A program made the translations under genes and the position numbers. This document shows, piece by piece, positions 9,931 to 19,879 of a stretch of DNA of 64,000 nt. Origin of the DNA: Patescibacteria group bacterium (GTDB lineage Bacteria; Patescibacteriota; Minisyncoccia; Phycocordibacterales; UBA9973); the NCBI GenBank assembly GCA_030916965.1, contig JAUPVQ010000012.1:776-64775 (forward strand), written 5' to 3'. Under the pieces are notes generated by a model, which was not told where the DNA came from, did no database searches, and worked only from the letters and a program-made list of their open reading frames with translations. Within the stretch, counting starts at the first letter, position 1. Every line of letters starts with the position of its first letter.

Positions 9931-9994
9931 AATTTGGATAAATTAAAATTAAAAAATCGTTGAGAATATTGGCTATTACTGGTAGTATATATCT

Positions 9995-10438
9995 ATGACA
10001 GTTTTTACAGACAATCGAAAAGCCTTTTTCAACTACGAAATGCTCGACAAATTCGAAGCAGGTATTGAATTGGCGGGGTACGAGGTCAAATCCATCCGTG
10101 CAGGACAATGCAACTTGAAAGGTGCATATTGTATAGTACGTGGGGGTGAAGTGTATCTTATTGGTATGCATGTGTCTCCTTATCAGATCAAGAACATGCC
10201 AACAACTTACGAGCCAGATCAGAATCGCAAGCTTCTTTTGAATAAAAAAGAAATCGCCATGTTGCTGACAGCCGAGAAGTCTAAAGGATTGACTCTGATA
10301 CCACTATCATTGTATAGTAAGGGTCGCAGAGTAAAGGTTGAAATAGCAATTGCCAAAGGAAAGAAGATCCACGACAAACGTGACTCAATCAAAAAGCGCG
10401 ACACGGATCGCGAAATGCGTAGAACTTTGAAAGAATAA
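9995..10438 (+). CDS. smpB: SsrA-binding protein SmpB
   Basis: 147 aa. NRKAFFNYEMLDKFEAGIELAGYEVKS...GMHVSPYQ...KLLLNKKEI and a basic C-terminal tail. Confidence 0.9.
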   Translation: MTVFTDNRKAFFNYEMLDKFEAGIELAGYEVKSIRAGQCNLKGAYCIVRGGEVYLIGMHVSPYQIKNMPTTYEPDQNRKLLLNKKEIAMLLTAEKSKGLTLIPLSLYSKGRRVKVEIAIAKGKKIHDKRDSIKKRDTDREMRRTLKE

Positions 10439-10443
10439 TAAAT

Positions 10444-10833
10444 GGGGATGACGGGCTTTCGACAGGAAGTGCCATTATGTATATGCGTGTCGAGTACTCA
10501 GGAACCTCGCAAAACTTCTTGAAAAAGACTAAGTGCAAACAAAGTCGCTTCAGTAAAATCTCCTTACGCTTTTGCGTCTGGAAATTTTGCTCTATCCTTC
10601 GCCTAATAGGTCAAGGTAGTGTCCACTCTATCGACATCCGATAAATAGTTTGGGCATAATCAATCGGATTACGAATTCTATACCGCTTGAATAGAATTTC
10701 GACAATCAAAAGCTCGGTATTGTAGTGTTTTGAATGTTCTCTAGCTACATTATTTAAAACCAATGAACACTCTACACACGTAGAATTATATATAATCATT
10801 TTTTGCACGGCGGTTCAACTCCGCCCATCTCCA
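10444..10833 (+). ncRNA. ssrA: tmRNA (ssrA)
   Basis: 5' end GGGGATGACGGGCTTTCGACAGG and 3' end GGCGGTTCAACTCCGCCCATCTCCA form a tRNA-Ala-like acceptor with G3:U70 and a T-arm. An internal tag ORF, gca aac aaa gtc ... tcc ttc gcc taa tag, gives ANKVASVKSPYAFASGNFALSFA with a tandem stop. Lies immediately downstream of smpB. Confidence 0.85.
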
Positions 10834-10842
10834 CAGACAATA

Positions 10843-10877
10843 AAAATACTTCCATACTAGTATGGAAGTATTTTTAT
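10843..10877. terminator. Bidirectional terminator between ssrA and the converging purB
   Basis: AAAATACTTCCATACtagtaTGGAAGTATTTTT: perfect 13-bp stem flanked by A and T runs. Confidence 0.6.
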
Positions 10878-10886
10878 ATTTACAAT

Positions 10887-12245
10887 TTATTTCACCAACT
10901 TACTTGCTATACCTGTATATGTTAATGGTGTAAACTTTTTTAATTCAGCTTTTACTTTTTCTGAGACTTTTAGTGTGTCGATAAATGTTGCGAAGTCCGA
11001 CATTCCTACATTCTTGCCACGAGTTAATTCTTTCAAGGCTTCGTACGGCACAGGTAAGCCTTCCCTGCGCATTACTGTCTGGATCGCTTCGGCTACGACT
11101 TCTGGGTGTGATAGCAAATCTTCTTTAATTTTATTTTCATTTACTGCAATTTTACTCAAACCTTTTTCAAGCATTACATATGCCAAATATGAGTGCCCAA
11201 ACGCTGTTCCAAATGCGCGCTCAACAGTCGAATCGGAAAGATCGCGTTGTAGTCGTGATACCGGCAATTTGCGAGCAAAGAATTCAAACAAAGCATTGGC
11301 AATACCTATATTACCCTCACTGTTCTCGAAATCGATTGGGTTAACCTTGTGTGGCATTGTAGATGAGCCTACCTCCCCTTCTTTGGTCTTTTGAGTAACC
11401 CAAGAATCAGAAATGTATCTCCACATATCTTGATTGAAATCAAGCAATATTGTATTGATCCTGCGTACTGTATCGAATACTGCTACATAGCTATCGTGGC
11501 ATTCGATTTGTGTAGTAATCAAATTCGCTTCCAATTTTTGAGTACGTCCTTTGTTGAAACCTTCGATAAAATCCTGACTAAATTTTGGCCAGTTTACCGT
11601 AGGGTACGCAGCCATGTGTGCATTCCAATTGCCTGTCGCACCATTTAATTTGGCTTGGATTTTGATACCTTCGAGACCTTTCAATCTCTTCTCTATTCGT
11701 GCTACAAATACAAACATTTCTTTGCCGAAAGTTGTCGGGCTTGCAGATTGGCCATGAGTCCGCGCAAGCATTGGGAGATTTTTGTATTTAGTTGAAAGTG
11801 CTCGCAACTCTTTTACAATACTTTTAATTTTTGGAATCATTACATGCTCTAGTGAATCCGCAATCATTAATGCATAAGCGATATTGTTTGTATCTTCACT
11901 TGTTGTAGCAAAGTGTACCCACTCTGTCGCATTCTTGAGACTTGTCTTTGCTAGCTTTTCTTTTATGAAATATTCTACTGCTTTTACATCATGATTGGTC
12001 ACACTCTCGATCTTCTTTATAGCTTCGTATGAAGCATCATCAAATTTCTCATAAAGCGATTTAAGAGTTTTGATTTCATTTACTGTAAATTTCCGCAGGC
12101 CTGTCTTGCCCGATGCGGATATTGCGAGCAAATATTCGCACTCCATCATCGTGCGGTATTTCATCAAGGCCTGCTCAGAGAAATAAGGCGCCAAATCACG
12201 AGTTCGTTCATAATATCGCCCATCGAGTGGATTTATAGCTTGCAT
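10887..12245 (-). CDS. purB: Adenylosuccinate lyase
   Basis: 452 aa, fumarate-lyase fold. Signature region GSSTMPHKVNP-like (TMPHKVNPIDFEN). Confidence 0.9.
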   Translation of the reverse strand: MQAINPLDGRYYERTRDLAPYFSEQALMKYRTMMECEYLLAISASGKTGLRKFTVNEIKTLKSLYEKFDDASYEAIKKIESVTNHDVKAVEYFIKEKLAKTSLKNATEWVHFATTSEDTNNIAYALMIADSLEHVMIPKIKSIVKELRALSTKYKNLPMLARTHGQSASPTTFGKEMFVFVARIEKRLKGLEGIKIQAKLNGATGNWNAHMAAYPTVNWPKFSQDFIEGFNKGRTQKLEANLITTQIECHDSYVAVFDTVRRINTILLDFNQDMWRYISDSWVTQKTKEGEVGSSTMPHKVNPIDFENSEGNIGIANALFEFFARKLPVSRLQRDLSDSTVERAFGTAFGHSYLAYVMLEKGLSKIAVNENKIKEDLLSHPEVVAEAIQTVMRREGLPVPYEALKELTRGKNVGMSDFATFIDTLKVSEKVKAELKKFTPLTYTGIASKLVK

Positions 12246-13204
12246 TATATTTGTTTCAAATTATTAGTAATTCTTTCCATTATAGGAGTATTGAAATCAT
12301 GGTTGAAGGGCTCGCCTGTGATTGTCTCATAGATTTCGATATATCTGCGTGAGAGCTCGGCTACCATATCAGCTGGAGCATCAGGCAGGACAGTATCGTT
12401 GTATGGATCACAATTATCTTTGAACCAAAGGCGGAGGAATTCTTTGTCGAAATATTCTGGTTCTAATCCGGCATCTATACGCTCTTGGTAAGTCGCAGCT
12501 TTCCAGTAGCGAGATGAATCTGGTGTATGCACTTCATCGATTAGTGTTAATTTTCCATTCTCATCCATACCAAATTCATATTTAGTATCAACAAGGATCA
12601 AACCTTTTGAAAGTGCGATCTCCTGCCCTCTTTTGAAAACGGCTTTTGCTACACGTTCCAATTCATCTGTCATTTCTTTTGTTAGAATTCCTTCACTTAC
12701 AATCTCGGCTGGGGTAATTGGCCTGTCATGTTCATCGGACTTTGTTGTTGGGGTAAAAACTGGCTCATCCATTTTTTGATTCTTTTTCAAACCTTCTGGT
12801 AGTACAAAGTTTCCAAAATCTCTTTGGCCTTCCTTGTACAATGTCCACATAGATGTATTTGTAGAACCAGTAATATATCCTCGCACAATACACTCAATGG
12901 GGATCACTGTGCACTTCTTGGCAACAAGAACATTTGGGTCTGGAATACTTACCACGTGGTTCTGGATTATATCTTTTGTATTTTCAAACCAAAAAGCACT
13001 AATCTGGTTGAGCACAGCACCCTTGAATGGAATATGCGCAATAATGCGATCAAAAGATGAATGCCTGTCTGTAGAAACCAATGTAATTTTATCCGGAGCA
13101 ATATAAATATCGCGAACCTTACCAATCTTGCGTTCCCCAATACCTTGCAAATTTGTCTCTTTAATTACATCATTGATGTGCTCTTTTATTGTATCTATAT
13201 TCAT
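12245..13204 (-). CDS. purC: SAICAR synthetase (long form)
   Basis: 319 aa. GKVRDIY...LVSTDRHSSFD motif. Confidence 0.88.
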   Translation of the reverse strand: MNIDTIKEHINDVIKETNLQGIGERKIGKVRDIYIAPDKITLVSTDRHSSFDRIIAHIPFKGAVLNQISAFWFENTKDIIQNHVVSIPDPNVLVAKKCTVIPIECIVRGYITGSTNTSMWTLYKEGQRDFGNFVLPEGLKKNQKMDEPVFTPTTKSDEHDRPITPAEIVSEGILTKEMTDELERVAKAVFKRGQEIALSKGLILVDTKYEFGMDENGKLTLIDEVHTPDSSRYWKAATYQERIDAGLEPEYFDKEFLRLWFKDNCDPYNDTVLPDAPADMVAELSRRYIEIYETITGEPFNHDFNTPIMERITNNLKQI

Positions 13205-13205
13205 A

Positions 13206-14246
13206 TTATTTCAATACTACTTTTTTATTACCACTAATAATTTGACCAATTTCGTACATTATAAAATCAGGATATTTATTCAAAATTTCAGCAATTTTTT
13301 CTTTCTCTGTTTGTGGCACAATCAGGATCAAACCAATTCCCATATTAAATGCTCGGTACATTTGATCCTCGGGAACATTTGCTACCTTTTGCATATAAGA
13401 AAATATTGGGAGAACTGGCCAAGAATTCAGATTAATTTGTGCATCTAGATTTGCAGGTAACACACGAGGAATATTCTCGAGGAATCCTCCGCCTGTAATA
13501 TGCGCAATTCCACGAACATCAATCCCTTTATCGAGCATCTCGAGTACTGGTACAGAATAGTTTACGTGCACTTTCAATAATGCATCACCTACGCTCTCCC
13601 CGATTTCATCTACAACAGTATTTACATCTAGACCAGCCATATCAAAAAGTATTTTGCGAGCAAGCGAATAGCCATTGGTATGTAGCCCACTTGATGGTAG
13701 TCCTAGCAGAATATCTCCATCAATAATTTTCTCACCTGTAATTATTTTGTCCTTCTCTACCACTCCTGTAATCGAGCCTGCAATATCGTGCTCTCCTGTC
13801 ATATAAGTTCCTGGCATTTCAGCAGTCTCGCCACCAATTAGTGACACGCCATTTTCGCGGCAGGCCTTGGCCATACCACCCACCATCGCAGCCATTACAT
13901 TTGGATCCAATTTGTCGTGCGCTACATAGTCGAGGAATGTAAGAGATCGTGCACCCATAGCCAATAGGTCATCACAGCAATGATTCACAATATCTTCACC
14001 GACTGTATCGTATTTGTTCATCATCCGTGCAACAGAAAGCTTGGTCCCCACGCCATCTATAGATTGTACCAAAACGGGATTTTTGTAATTCTTTATTATT
14101 TCGCTCAAGTCATATAGCCCTCCGAAGCTACCGATACCAGTAAGCACAGCACTCGTATGAGTACTCGCAACATCAGCCTTGATACGGCGTACCGTCTCGT
14201 TCCCTGCTTCGATATCTACTCCTGCTTGTGTGTATAGATCAGCCAT
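13206..14246 (-). CDS. purM: AIR synthetase (phosphoribosylformylglycinamidine cyclo-ligase)
   Basis: 346 aa. N-terminus MADLYTQAGVDIEAGN. PurM N and C domains. Confidence 0.9.
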   Translation of the reverse strand: MADLYTQAGVDIEAGNETVRRIKADVASTHTSAVLTGIGSFGGLYDLSEIIKNYKNPVLVQSIDGVGTKLSVARMMNKYDTVGEDIVNHCCDDLLAMGARSLTFLDYVAHDKLDPNVMAAMVGGMAKACRENGVSLIGGETAEMPGTYMTGEHDIAGSITGVVEKDKIITGEKIIDGDILLGLPSSGLHTNGYSLARKILFDMAGLDVNTVVDEIGESVGDALLKVHVNYSVPVLEMLDKGIDVRGIAHITGGGFLENIPRVLPANLDAQINLNSWPVLPIFSYMQKVANVPEDQMYRAFNMGIGLILIVPQTEKEKIAEILNKYPDFIMYEIGQIISGNKKVVLK

Positions 14247-14767
14247 TATTTTTGTAAATAATTTTTATAACCAATTTCTGACATCTTTTTTGCTTTTGTT
14301 TTTACACCTGATTCTAGTTTCTTTTTGAATTCATTCAACTTTTTTTGTAGAGTCTTGTCACTAGTTGCTAAAATTTGGACTGCCAATATTCCAGCATTGT
14401 GTGCAGAATTGATACCAACAGTTGCAACAGGAATACCAGGTGGCATCTGTACTGTAGAGAGGAGTGAGTCTAGTCCATCGAGAGTCTTGGCCTTGATAGG
14501 CACACCTATCACAGGAAGTGTAGTCAACGATGCTGCTACCCCTGCTAGATGCGCTGCCCCACCAGCTGCGGCAATTATCACCTTCAACCCACGAGTAATT
14601 GCACTTGTTGCATAAGCATGAGCAATGTTTGGAGAACGGTGCGCAGATGCTACAGTAATCTCGTATGGCACACCAAAGTCTTCTAATAGTGTACAAGCCT
14701 CACTCATAACACCCAAATCAGAATCAGAACCCATAATAATACCTACTATTGATTTTGCCTTTTTCAT
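14246..14767 (-). CDS. purE: N5-CAIR mutase / AIR carboxylase catalytic subunit
   Basis: 173 aa. IVGIIMGSDSDLGVM...ITVASAHRSP...AAGGAAHLAGV. Confidence 0.9.
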   Translation of the reverse strand: MKKAKSIVGIIMGSDSDLGVMSEACTLLEDFGVPYEITVASAHRSPNIAHAYATSAITRGLKVIIAAAGGAAHLAGVAASLTTLPVIGVPIKAKTLDGLDSLLSTVQMPPGIPVATVGINSAHNAGILAVQILATSDKTLQKKLNEFKKKLESGVKTKAKKMSEIGYKNYLQK

Positions 14768-14842
14768 ATACCAAATATAGCATATTTCCCTATCCTCACA
14801 AATATATAATTAAAAACGAGGCCCCTATAAAGTAAGCCTCAT

Positions 14843-15679
14843 TTAATAAAATAGTTTTCCATCTTTAAGAGCGTTAGTAAGTTGCCCATAATTTGAAAAT
14901 ATTCTTTGGTTGTTATTTAGAAAGATATTCGTATCTTGGCTAAATAGCCAAAATGGAATTCCAGCATTTTCTGCCATTTTCCCATCAAGTTCAATATCAT
15001 CACCTATAAGTATGACATTCTGCCGCGCGTAATCCATATCGATTTGGGGATTACATTGTAGCCATTGATCAATAGCTAAAGCAATCAAATAAACACTAGG
15101 TTTATTCTTACTTTTCCAATCCAAATCAAATTGTCCAAAACTGTCATCAGGCGTGATGCAAAGTAATGGTTTTTTTAGGTTGTGAAAATTAAAAACTTCA
15201 TAAATAAATTTTTCATAACCTGATGATACAATACCGAGATCTGTATTATAGAGCTCGAGGGTATTCCGAAATTCACGGAAACCTGTATATATTTCAGGCC
15301 AAACATTTCCATTTAAACAAATTGTTCCTATGCTATGTTTTAAATAATAAATATTTGTTTTTATAAATGATGAATAAATTTCAGGAGTAGAGTCAAGATT
15401 TGAATCCAAACTTAAATCTATATCATAATTTTCACAATAGACTTTAAAGTTTGGTAACAATTCTTTTATGGATGCTAGATGCATTACCACTTGTATTAAG
15501 GATCTACCATTATTACCGCCTTCATTTAGAAATCTTGCTAAGCCTTCATATCCAAACATTAAATTAATAGTGTTGTGATATGCTTGCTCATACAAATTAT
15601 CTTCATCGGTTTTGGCAATAGTTTTAGAAAAACTAGCCAATACTAACCTTTTTGGGTATTCTATTATCGAGTTTTTCAT
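14843..15679 (-). CDS. Hypothetical protein embedded in the pur operon, with a HAD-like C-terminal motif
   Basis: 278 aa. C-terminal VILIGDDIELDGKMAENAGIPF matches HAD motif IV (GDxxxD...A..AG). No canonical DxDGT motif I was seen. Confidence 0.45.
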   Translation of the reverse strand: MKNSIIEYPKRLVLASFSKTIAKTDEDNLYEQAYHNTINLMFGYEGLARFLNEGGNNGRSLIQVVMHLASIKELLPNFKVYCENYDIDLSLDSNLDSTPEIYSSFIKTNIYYLKHSIGTICLNGNVWPEIYTGFREFRNTLELYNTDLGIVSSGYEKFIYEVFNFHNLKKPLLCITPDDSFGQFDLDWKSKNKPSVYLIALAIDQWLQCNPQIDMDYARQNVILIGDDIELDGKMAENAGIPFWLFSQDTNIFLNNNQRIFSNYGQLTNALKDGKLFY

Positions 15680-15732
15680 GACTTTACCTTTTATTAAAGT
15701 CTACATTAAAACCCAGATTTGTCAAAAAATAA

Positions 15733-17028
15733 TTACAATTTTGTATGTAGAGCTCTCTTGCCTATATCATCCCTATAATAGATGCCTTGGTAGTAGATTT
15801 TTTGTATTGCTTTGTAAGCCTTGTCTAGAGCCTCTTGTAGTGTCACACCTGTAGCCGACACCCCAAGCACTCGCCCTCCATTTGTAACAACATTGCCGTC
15901 AGCGATTGCAGTACCTGCATGAAATATTACAATATCGGGGTCATTCTGTGCTTCATTGATACCTGTAATTACTTTCCCTTTTTCATAAGCATTTGGATAA
16001 CCTCCGGATGCCAAAACAATATTACAAGCAAATAAACTTTTCCATTTAATTTCGAATTTGAATAATTCCTTTTCTATACAGGCATCAAATAACTCAAAAA
16101 TATCAACATCGAGTAACCGCATATATGTTTGAACTTCTGGATCTCCGAAGCGAGAGTTGAACTCTATTATCTTTGGTCCTTCTGTTGTGATTATTAATCC
16201 CGGGTATAGTATCCCCTCAAATGGTAGACCGTCATGCTCCATATTTACCAATGTGGGAAGAATAATGTTGTTTTTGATTCCTGTCATCAAATCTTCTGTA
16301 ACAAATGGAACAGGAGCAATCGTCCCCATACCCCCAGTGTTTAATCCTGTATCTCCTATGCCAATCTTTTTGTGATCCTGAGAAGATGGAAATACTTTTG
16401 AAGAAACTCCATCTGAGATAGCGTGAGTGGAAATCTCTGGCCCTACAAGAAATTCTTCAATAACAATTTGTTTTCCACCATCACCAAAAATCTTTTTTAT
16501 TAAAATATTTTCTACGGCAATCTTTGCCTCTTCTCTTGTAAGACAAATAAGCACACCCTTTCCAAGAGCAAGTCCAGATGCCTTGACGACTACTGGTGTT
16601 GTATGAGTATCTATATAATTAAGTGCGTCATTGTATTGCTCATCTGTAAAAGTTTGGAATTTAGATGTTGGTAAATTGTGACGATGCATGAAATCTTTTG
16701 CAAATGCCTTGGACCATTCGAGCTTGCTTGCTTCTTTTGTTGGACCCCAAATACGCAGATTATTTTTACGAAATAGATCTACAATTCCAAGTGCTAATGG
16801 ATCGTCTGGTAGTGCTAGGGTCATGTAGATATTTTCTTTTTTAGCAAATTCCAACAAGGCTTCTATATCAATAGCTCTTATATCTATATTTGTACCCAAT
16901 TCTGCTGTACCAGCATTCCCAGGTGCAAAAAAAAGTATTGGCCTATGTTGTGATTGATCCAATTTCCATCCTATAGCATGTTCCCTGCCCCCACTACCAA
17001 TTATTAATACTTTTTTATTCTGCAACAT
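15733..17028 (-). CDS. purD: GAR synthetase (phosphoribosylamine-glycine ligase)
   Basis: 431 aa. KVLIIGSGGREHAIGWKL N-terminus, ATP-grasp core. Confidence 0.9.
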   Translation of the reverse strand: MLQNKKVLIIGSGGREHAIGWKLDQSQHRPILFFAPGNAGTAELGTNIDIRAIDIEALLEFAKKENIYMTLALPDDPLALGIVDLFRKNNLRIWGPTKEASKLEWSKAFAKDFMHRHNLPTSKFQTFTDEQYNDALNYIDTHTTPVVVKASGLALGKGVLICLTREEAKIAVENILIKKIFGDGGKQIVIEEFLVGPEISTHAISDGVSSKVFPSSQDHKKIGIGDTGLNTGGMGTIAPVPFVTEDLMTGIKNNIILPTLVNMEHDGLPFEGILYPGLIITTEGPKIIEFNSRFGDPEVQTYMRLLDVDIFELFDACIEKELFKFEIKWKSLFACNIVLASGGYPNAYEKGKVITGINEAQNDPDIVIFHAGTAIADGNVVTNGGRVLGVSATGVTLQEALDKAYKAIQKIYYQGIYYRDDIGKRALHTKL

Positions 17029-17080
17029 AATTTAAATTTACCATATTTCTACCCGTTTGGGTATTTTAGTATTGTACTCT

Positions 17081-17701
17081 TTAACTGTGAGTGATCTTTC
17101 CCAAAACTTCTACATAAAGCTCATTTTCTTTCTTTTTCAATCTAGCATATAGAGATTCTACTGTGTCGTTGTTCTCTACTTTTTCAAATGTTCTACCGAG
17201 TACAGGCCCGAAGTCAAAATCAAGTGTCAGAAAATGGACTGATGACCCAGCAAAAGTACTTTTGTTATTCAAAAAATTAGCAACTGCTTTATCGGCAAGC
17301 ATTCCTTTGTTCCACAAGGCGAGGGTTCCATCTGGATTTTGAACAGTTCCCTCAACTGTATCTGGGATCAAACCAGGGTGCAAATTTAAAATCTTGTTTG
17401 GGTAAGCTGTGATAACTTCATCAAGTATTATCTTTTTCCAACCTGCTAAACATATAAAATCGGGATTCAATTTCTGTAATAGCGCCAACAAATCTTCTTT
17501 GATCGGGCAAATTTCTATGGGGATATTATGTGCTTTCGCATGTTCGAGCCCCATTGCATCATCTCTATCTGAAATAACAGCACAAATACTTGCATTGATA
17601 GAATCTCTTTCAACGCCATCAATAATTGCCTTTAAATTACTCCCAGTTCCAGTATTGGAGATAAGAACAACTATTTGTAATTTACTCTTTTGGGACATCA
17701 T
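17081..17701 (-). CDS. purN: GAR formyltransferase-like
   Basis: 206 aa. N-terminal KLQIVVLISNTGTGSNLKAI and the formyl-transferase HPGL/ICLAGW region. Confidence 0.8.
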   Translation of the reverse strand: MMSQKSKLQIVVLISNTGTGSNLKAIIDGVERDSINASICAVISDRDDAMGLEHAKAHNIPIEICPIKEDLLALLQKLNPDFICLAGWKKIILDEVITAYPNKILNLHPGLIPDTVEGTVQNPDGTLALWNKGMLADKAVANFLNNKSTFAGSSVHFLTLDFDFGPVLGRTFEKVENNDTVESLYARLKKKENELYVEVLGKITHS

Positions 17702-19079
17702 AGCTTACCTCACTTTTACGCTCTAATATATCTATTGGATATTCACCTGTGAAAAATGATGTACAGAGATTCTCTTTTGGAAGACCTATAGATTTAATAA
17801 GCCCGTCAAGTGACAAGAAGTGCAGACTTGTAGCTCCTAGGAATTCACGGATTTCCTCTACTGTTTTGTGTGATGCAATAAGGTCACCCTGCTTCGGTGT
17901 ATCAATACCATAGAAATCCGGAAATCGAACCGGTGGAGATGAAATCAGGAAGTGTACTTCCTTGGCACCAGATTTAAATAAATTCTCTACTAATTTACGG
18001 CTAGTTGTACCACGCACTATTGAATCATCTATTACAATTACTCTTTTGCCTGAAAGAACCTCTGGCATTGGGATTAATTTGAGCGCTACAGAGTGCTCGC
18101 GGGATTCTTGGTCAGGCTCTATAAATGTACGATGTACGTAGCGATTCTTGATCAAGCCTAATTCAAGAGGAATTCCAGATTTCTGAGAGAAACCAATCGC
18201 CACAGGCATAGCAGTATCTGGAACAGGCACTACTATATCTGCTTTTAGTATAAACTCTTCTGCGAGCGTCATACCAGATTGCTTACGAACTTCGTATACA
18301 GATTTGCCACAGAGTACACTATCCGGTCTTGCAAAATAAACAAATTCAAAAATATCATGATGTGGAGTCGGCTCTGCGAGCTTCACACTCTTTAACCCAT
18401 CTTTATTTATGATGAGCATTTCTCCAGGCTCTACTTCACGCAAGAATTCTGCCCCTATAGTTTTGAGTGCACAAGTTTCCGACGCTACCACAAAACCATT
18501 TTTTATTTTACCTAAAGCAAGTGGTCGCATACCATAGGAATCTCGGATTACTATAAGTGTATCTTTTGTCATCATAGTGATAGAAAATGATCCCGTCATT
18601 AGTGGAAAAACATTTTTAACACTTTCTTCTATATTCAGACCCTCTGCCAGATACACTTTGATTGCATCTGCAATCAATTCAGAATCAGAACGGTTATCTT
18701 TGAGAGCATTTTTTGAAGAGAGAAATTCTTGTAGAGCTTTGACGCTTGGCAAATTACCATTGTGAGCAAGAGCAAAATCATTCTCATTATTTACTACTGG
18801 CTGTGCATGATCAAGCGCACCACCTCCAGATGTGGAATATCGATTATGGCCAATAGCAATATGGCCTACCAATGGCTTGATTGTATCTTCGGTATATACA
18901 CCCGATACAAGCCCTGCCCCTTTGTGAGTATATAAATTAGCTCCATCACTTGTCGTGATTCCACTTGCCTCTTGTCCGCGGTGCTGAAGAGCAAACAATC
19001 CAAAAAAAGCATGCCGAGCGACATTAATGCCCTCTGCATAAATCCCAAAAACAGCACATTTTTCATTTAAATTTTCCAT
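17682..19079 (-). CDS. purF: Amidophosphoribosyltransferase
   Basis: 465 aa. Short propeptide then the Ntn Cys (MENLNEKCAVFGIY), PRTase motif VIVIDDSIVRGTTS. Confidence 0.9.
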   Translation of the reverse strand: MENLNEKCAVFGIYAEGINVARHAFFGLFALQHRGQEASGITTSDGANLYTHKGAGLVSGVYTEDTIKPLVGHIAIGHNRYSTSGGGALDHAQPVVNNENDFALAHNGNLPSVKALQEFLSSKNALKDNRSDSELIADAIKVYLAEGLNIEESVKNVFPLMTGSFSITMMTKDTLIVIRDSYGMRPLALGKIKNGFVVASETCALKTIGAEFLREVEPGEMLIINKDGLKSVKLAEPTPHHDIFEFVYFARPDSVLCGKSVYEVRKQSGMTLAEEFILKADIVVPVPDTAMPVAIGFSQKSGIPLELGLIKNRYVHRTFIEPDQESREHSVALKLIPMPEVLSGKRVIVIDDSIVRGTTSRKLVENLFKSGAKEVHFLISSPPVRFPDFYGIDTPKQGDLIASHKTVEEIREFLGATSLHFLSLDGLIKSIGLPKENLCTSFFTGEYPIDILERKSEVSYDVPKE

Positions 19080-19098
19080 TTAGGTCTCTAGTATAACA

Positions 19099-19878
19099 TT
19101 ATTTCTTAAAATAATTTACTGCATTTTTGAAGATTATTAAGCCGGGGCCTTCAGTTGGAAGTTTTGATTTCTTTCTCTTTGCAATTTCTTTTTTCAACTG
19201 CGCGTCGGGTCTTTGCTGGTAGAACATTCCTCTTTCAGGATGTGGCATCATACCGAGGATTTTTCCATTTTCAGAAAGCACACCTCCTACATCGTGCATA
19301 GCACCATTTGGATTGGCTGGAAGATTTTGGAATTCACAGATCTCACCTTTTGTATATTGAAATGCGATTTGACCATTCTTCATCATTTTTTTGTATTCAT
19401 CTTCATTAATTATGTATCGGCCTTCGCCATGAGCAATAGGCAAAGAGATTTCTTTCACCCCTTTTAACCATGGGCTACTGCCAACACACTTCATATCTAC
19501 CCAGCGATCAATATACATACCGCTTGCATTATGAGCGAGTGCACCTGGTACTAATTCCAAATTTGTAATAATCTGGAATCCATTACAAATACCGATCACC
19601 AATGTATCGCGTGCGATAAATTCATCAAGCTCTTTTTGTAAATGATTATGGAATTTGTTGGCATAAGCCTTACCAGAGCCTGTGTCATCTCCATAAGAGA
19701 ATCCTCCAGGGAAAGCAAGGATATCATAATTTGAAAGCAATGCAGGATTAGCAATCAAATCATTGATATGAACAATGTCAGCCTGTCCCCCCGCCCATTC
19801 AAAAGCATACTTGGTCTCCTCTTCGCAATTGAGCCCATACCCCGACATCACTATAATTTTTGGCTGTTTATTTTTCAT
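19099..19878 (-). CDS. purQ: FGAM synthase glutaminase subunit
   Basis: 259 aa. KIIVMSGYGLNCEEE...LAFPGGFSYGDD...GICNGFQII...HPE. Confidence 0.88.
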   Translation of the reverse strand: MKNKQPKIIVMSGYGLNCEEETKYAFEWAGGQADIVHINDLIANPALLSNYDILAFPGGFSYGDDTGSGKAYANKFHNHLQKELDEFIARDTLVIGICNGFQIITNLELVPGALAHNASGMYIDRWVDMKCVGSSPWLKGVKEISLPIAHGEGRYIINEDEYKKMMKNGQIAFQYTKGEICEFQNLPANPNGAMHDVGGVLSENGKILGMMPHPERGMFYQQRPDAQLKKEIAKRKKSKLPTEGPGLIIFKNAVNYFKK

Positions 19879-19879
19879 A

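Noticed and set aside
10611-10808. 65-aa minus-strand ORF
   Set aside because: It lies inside the tmRNA gene.
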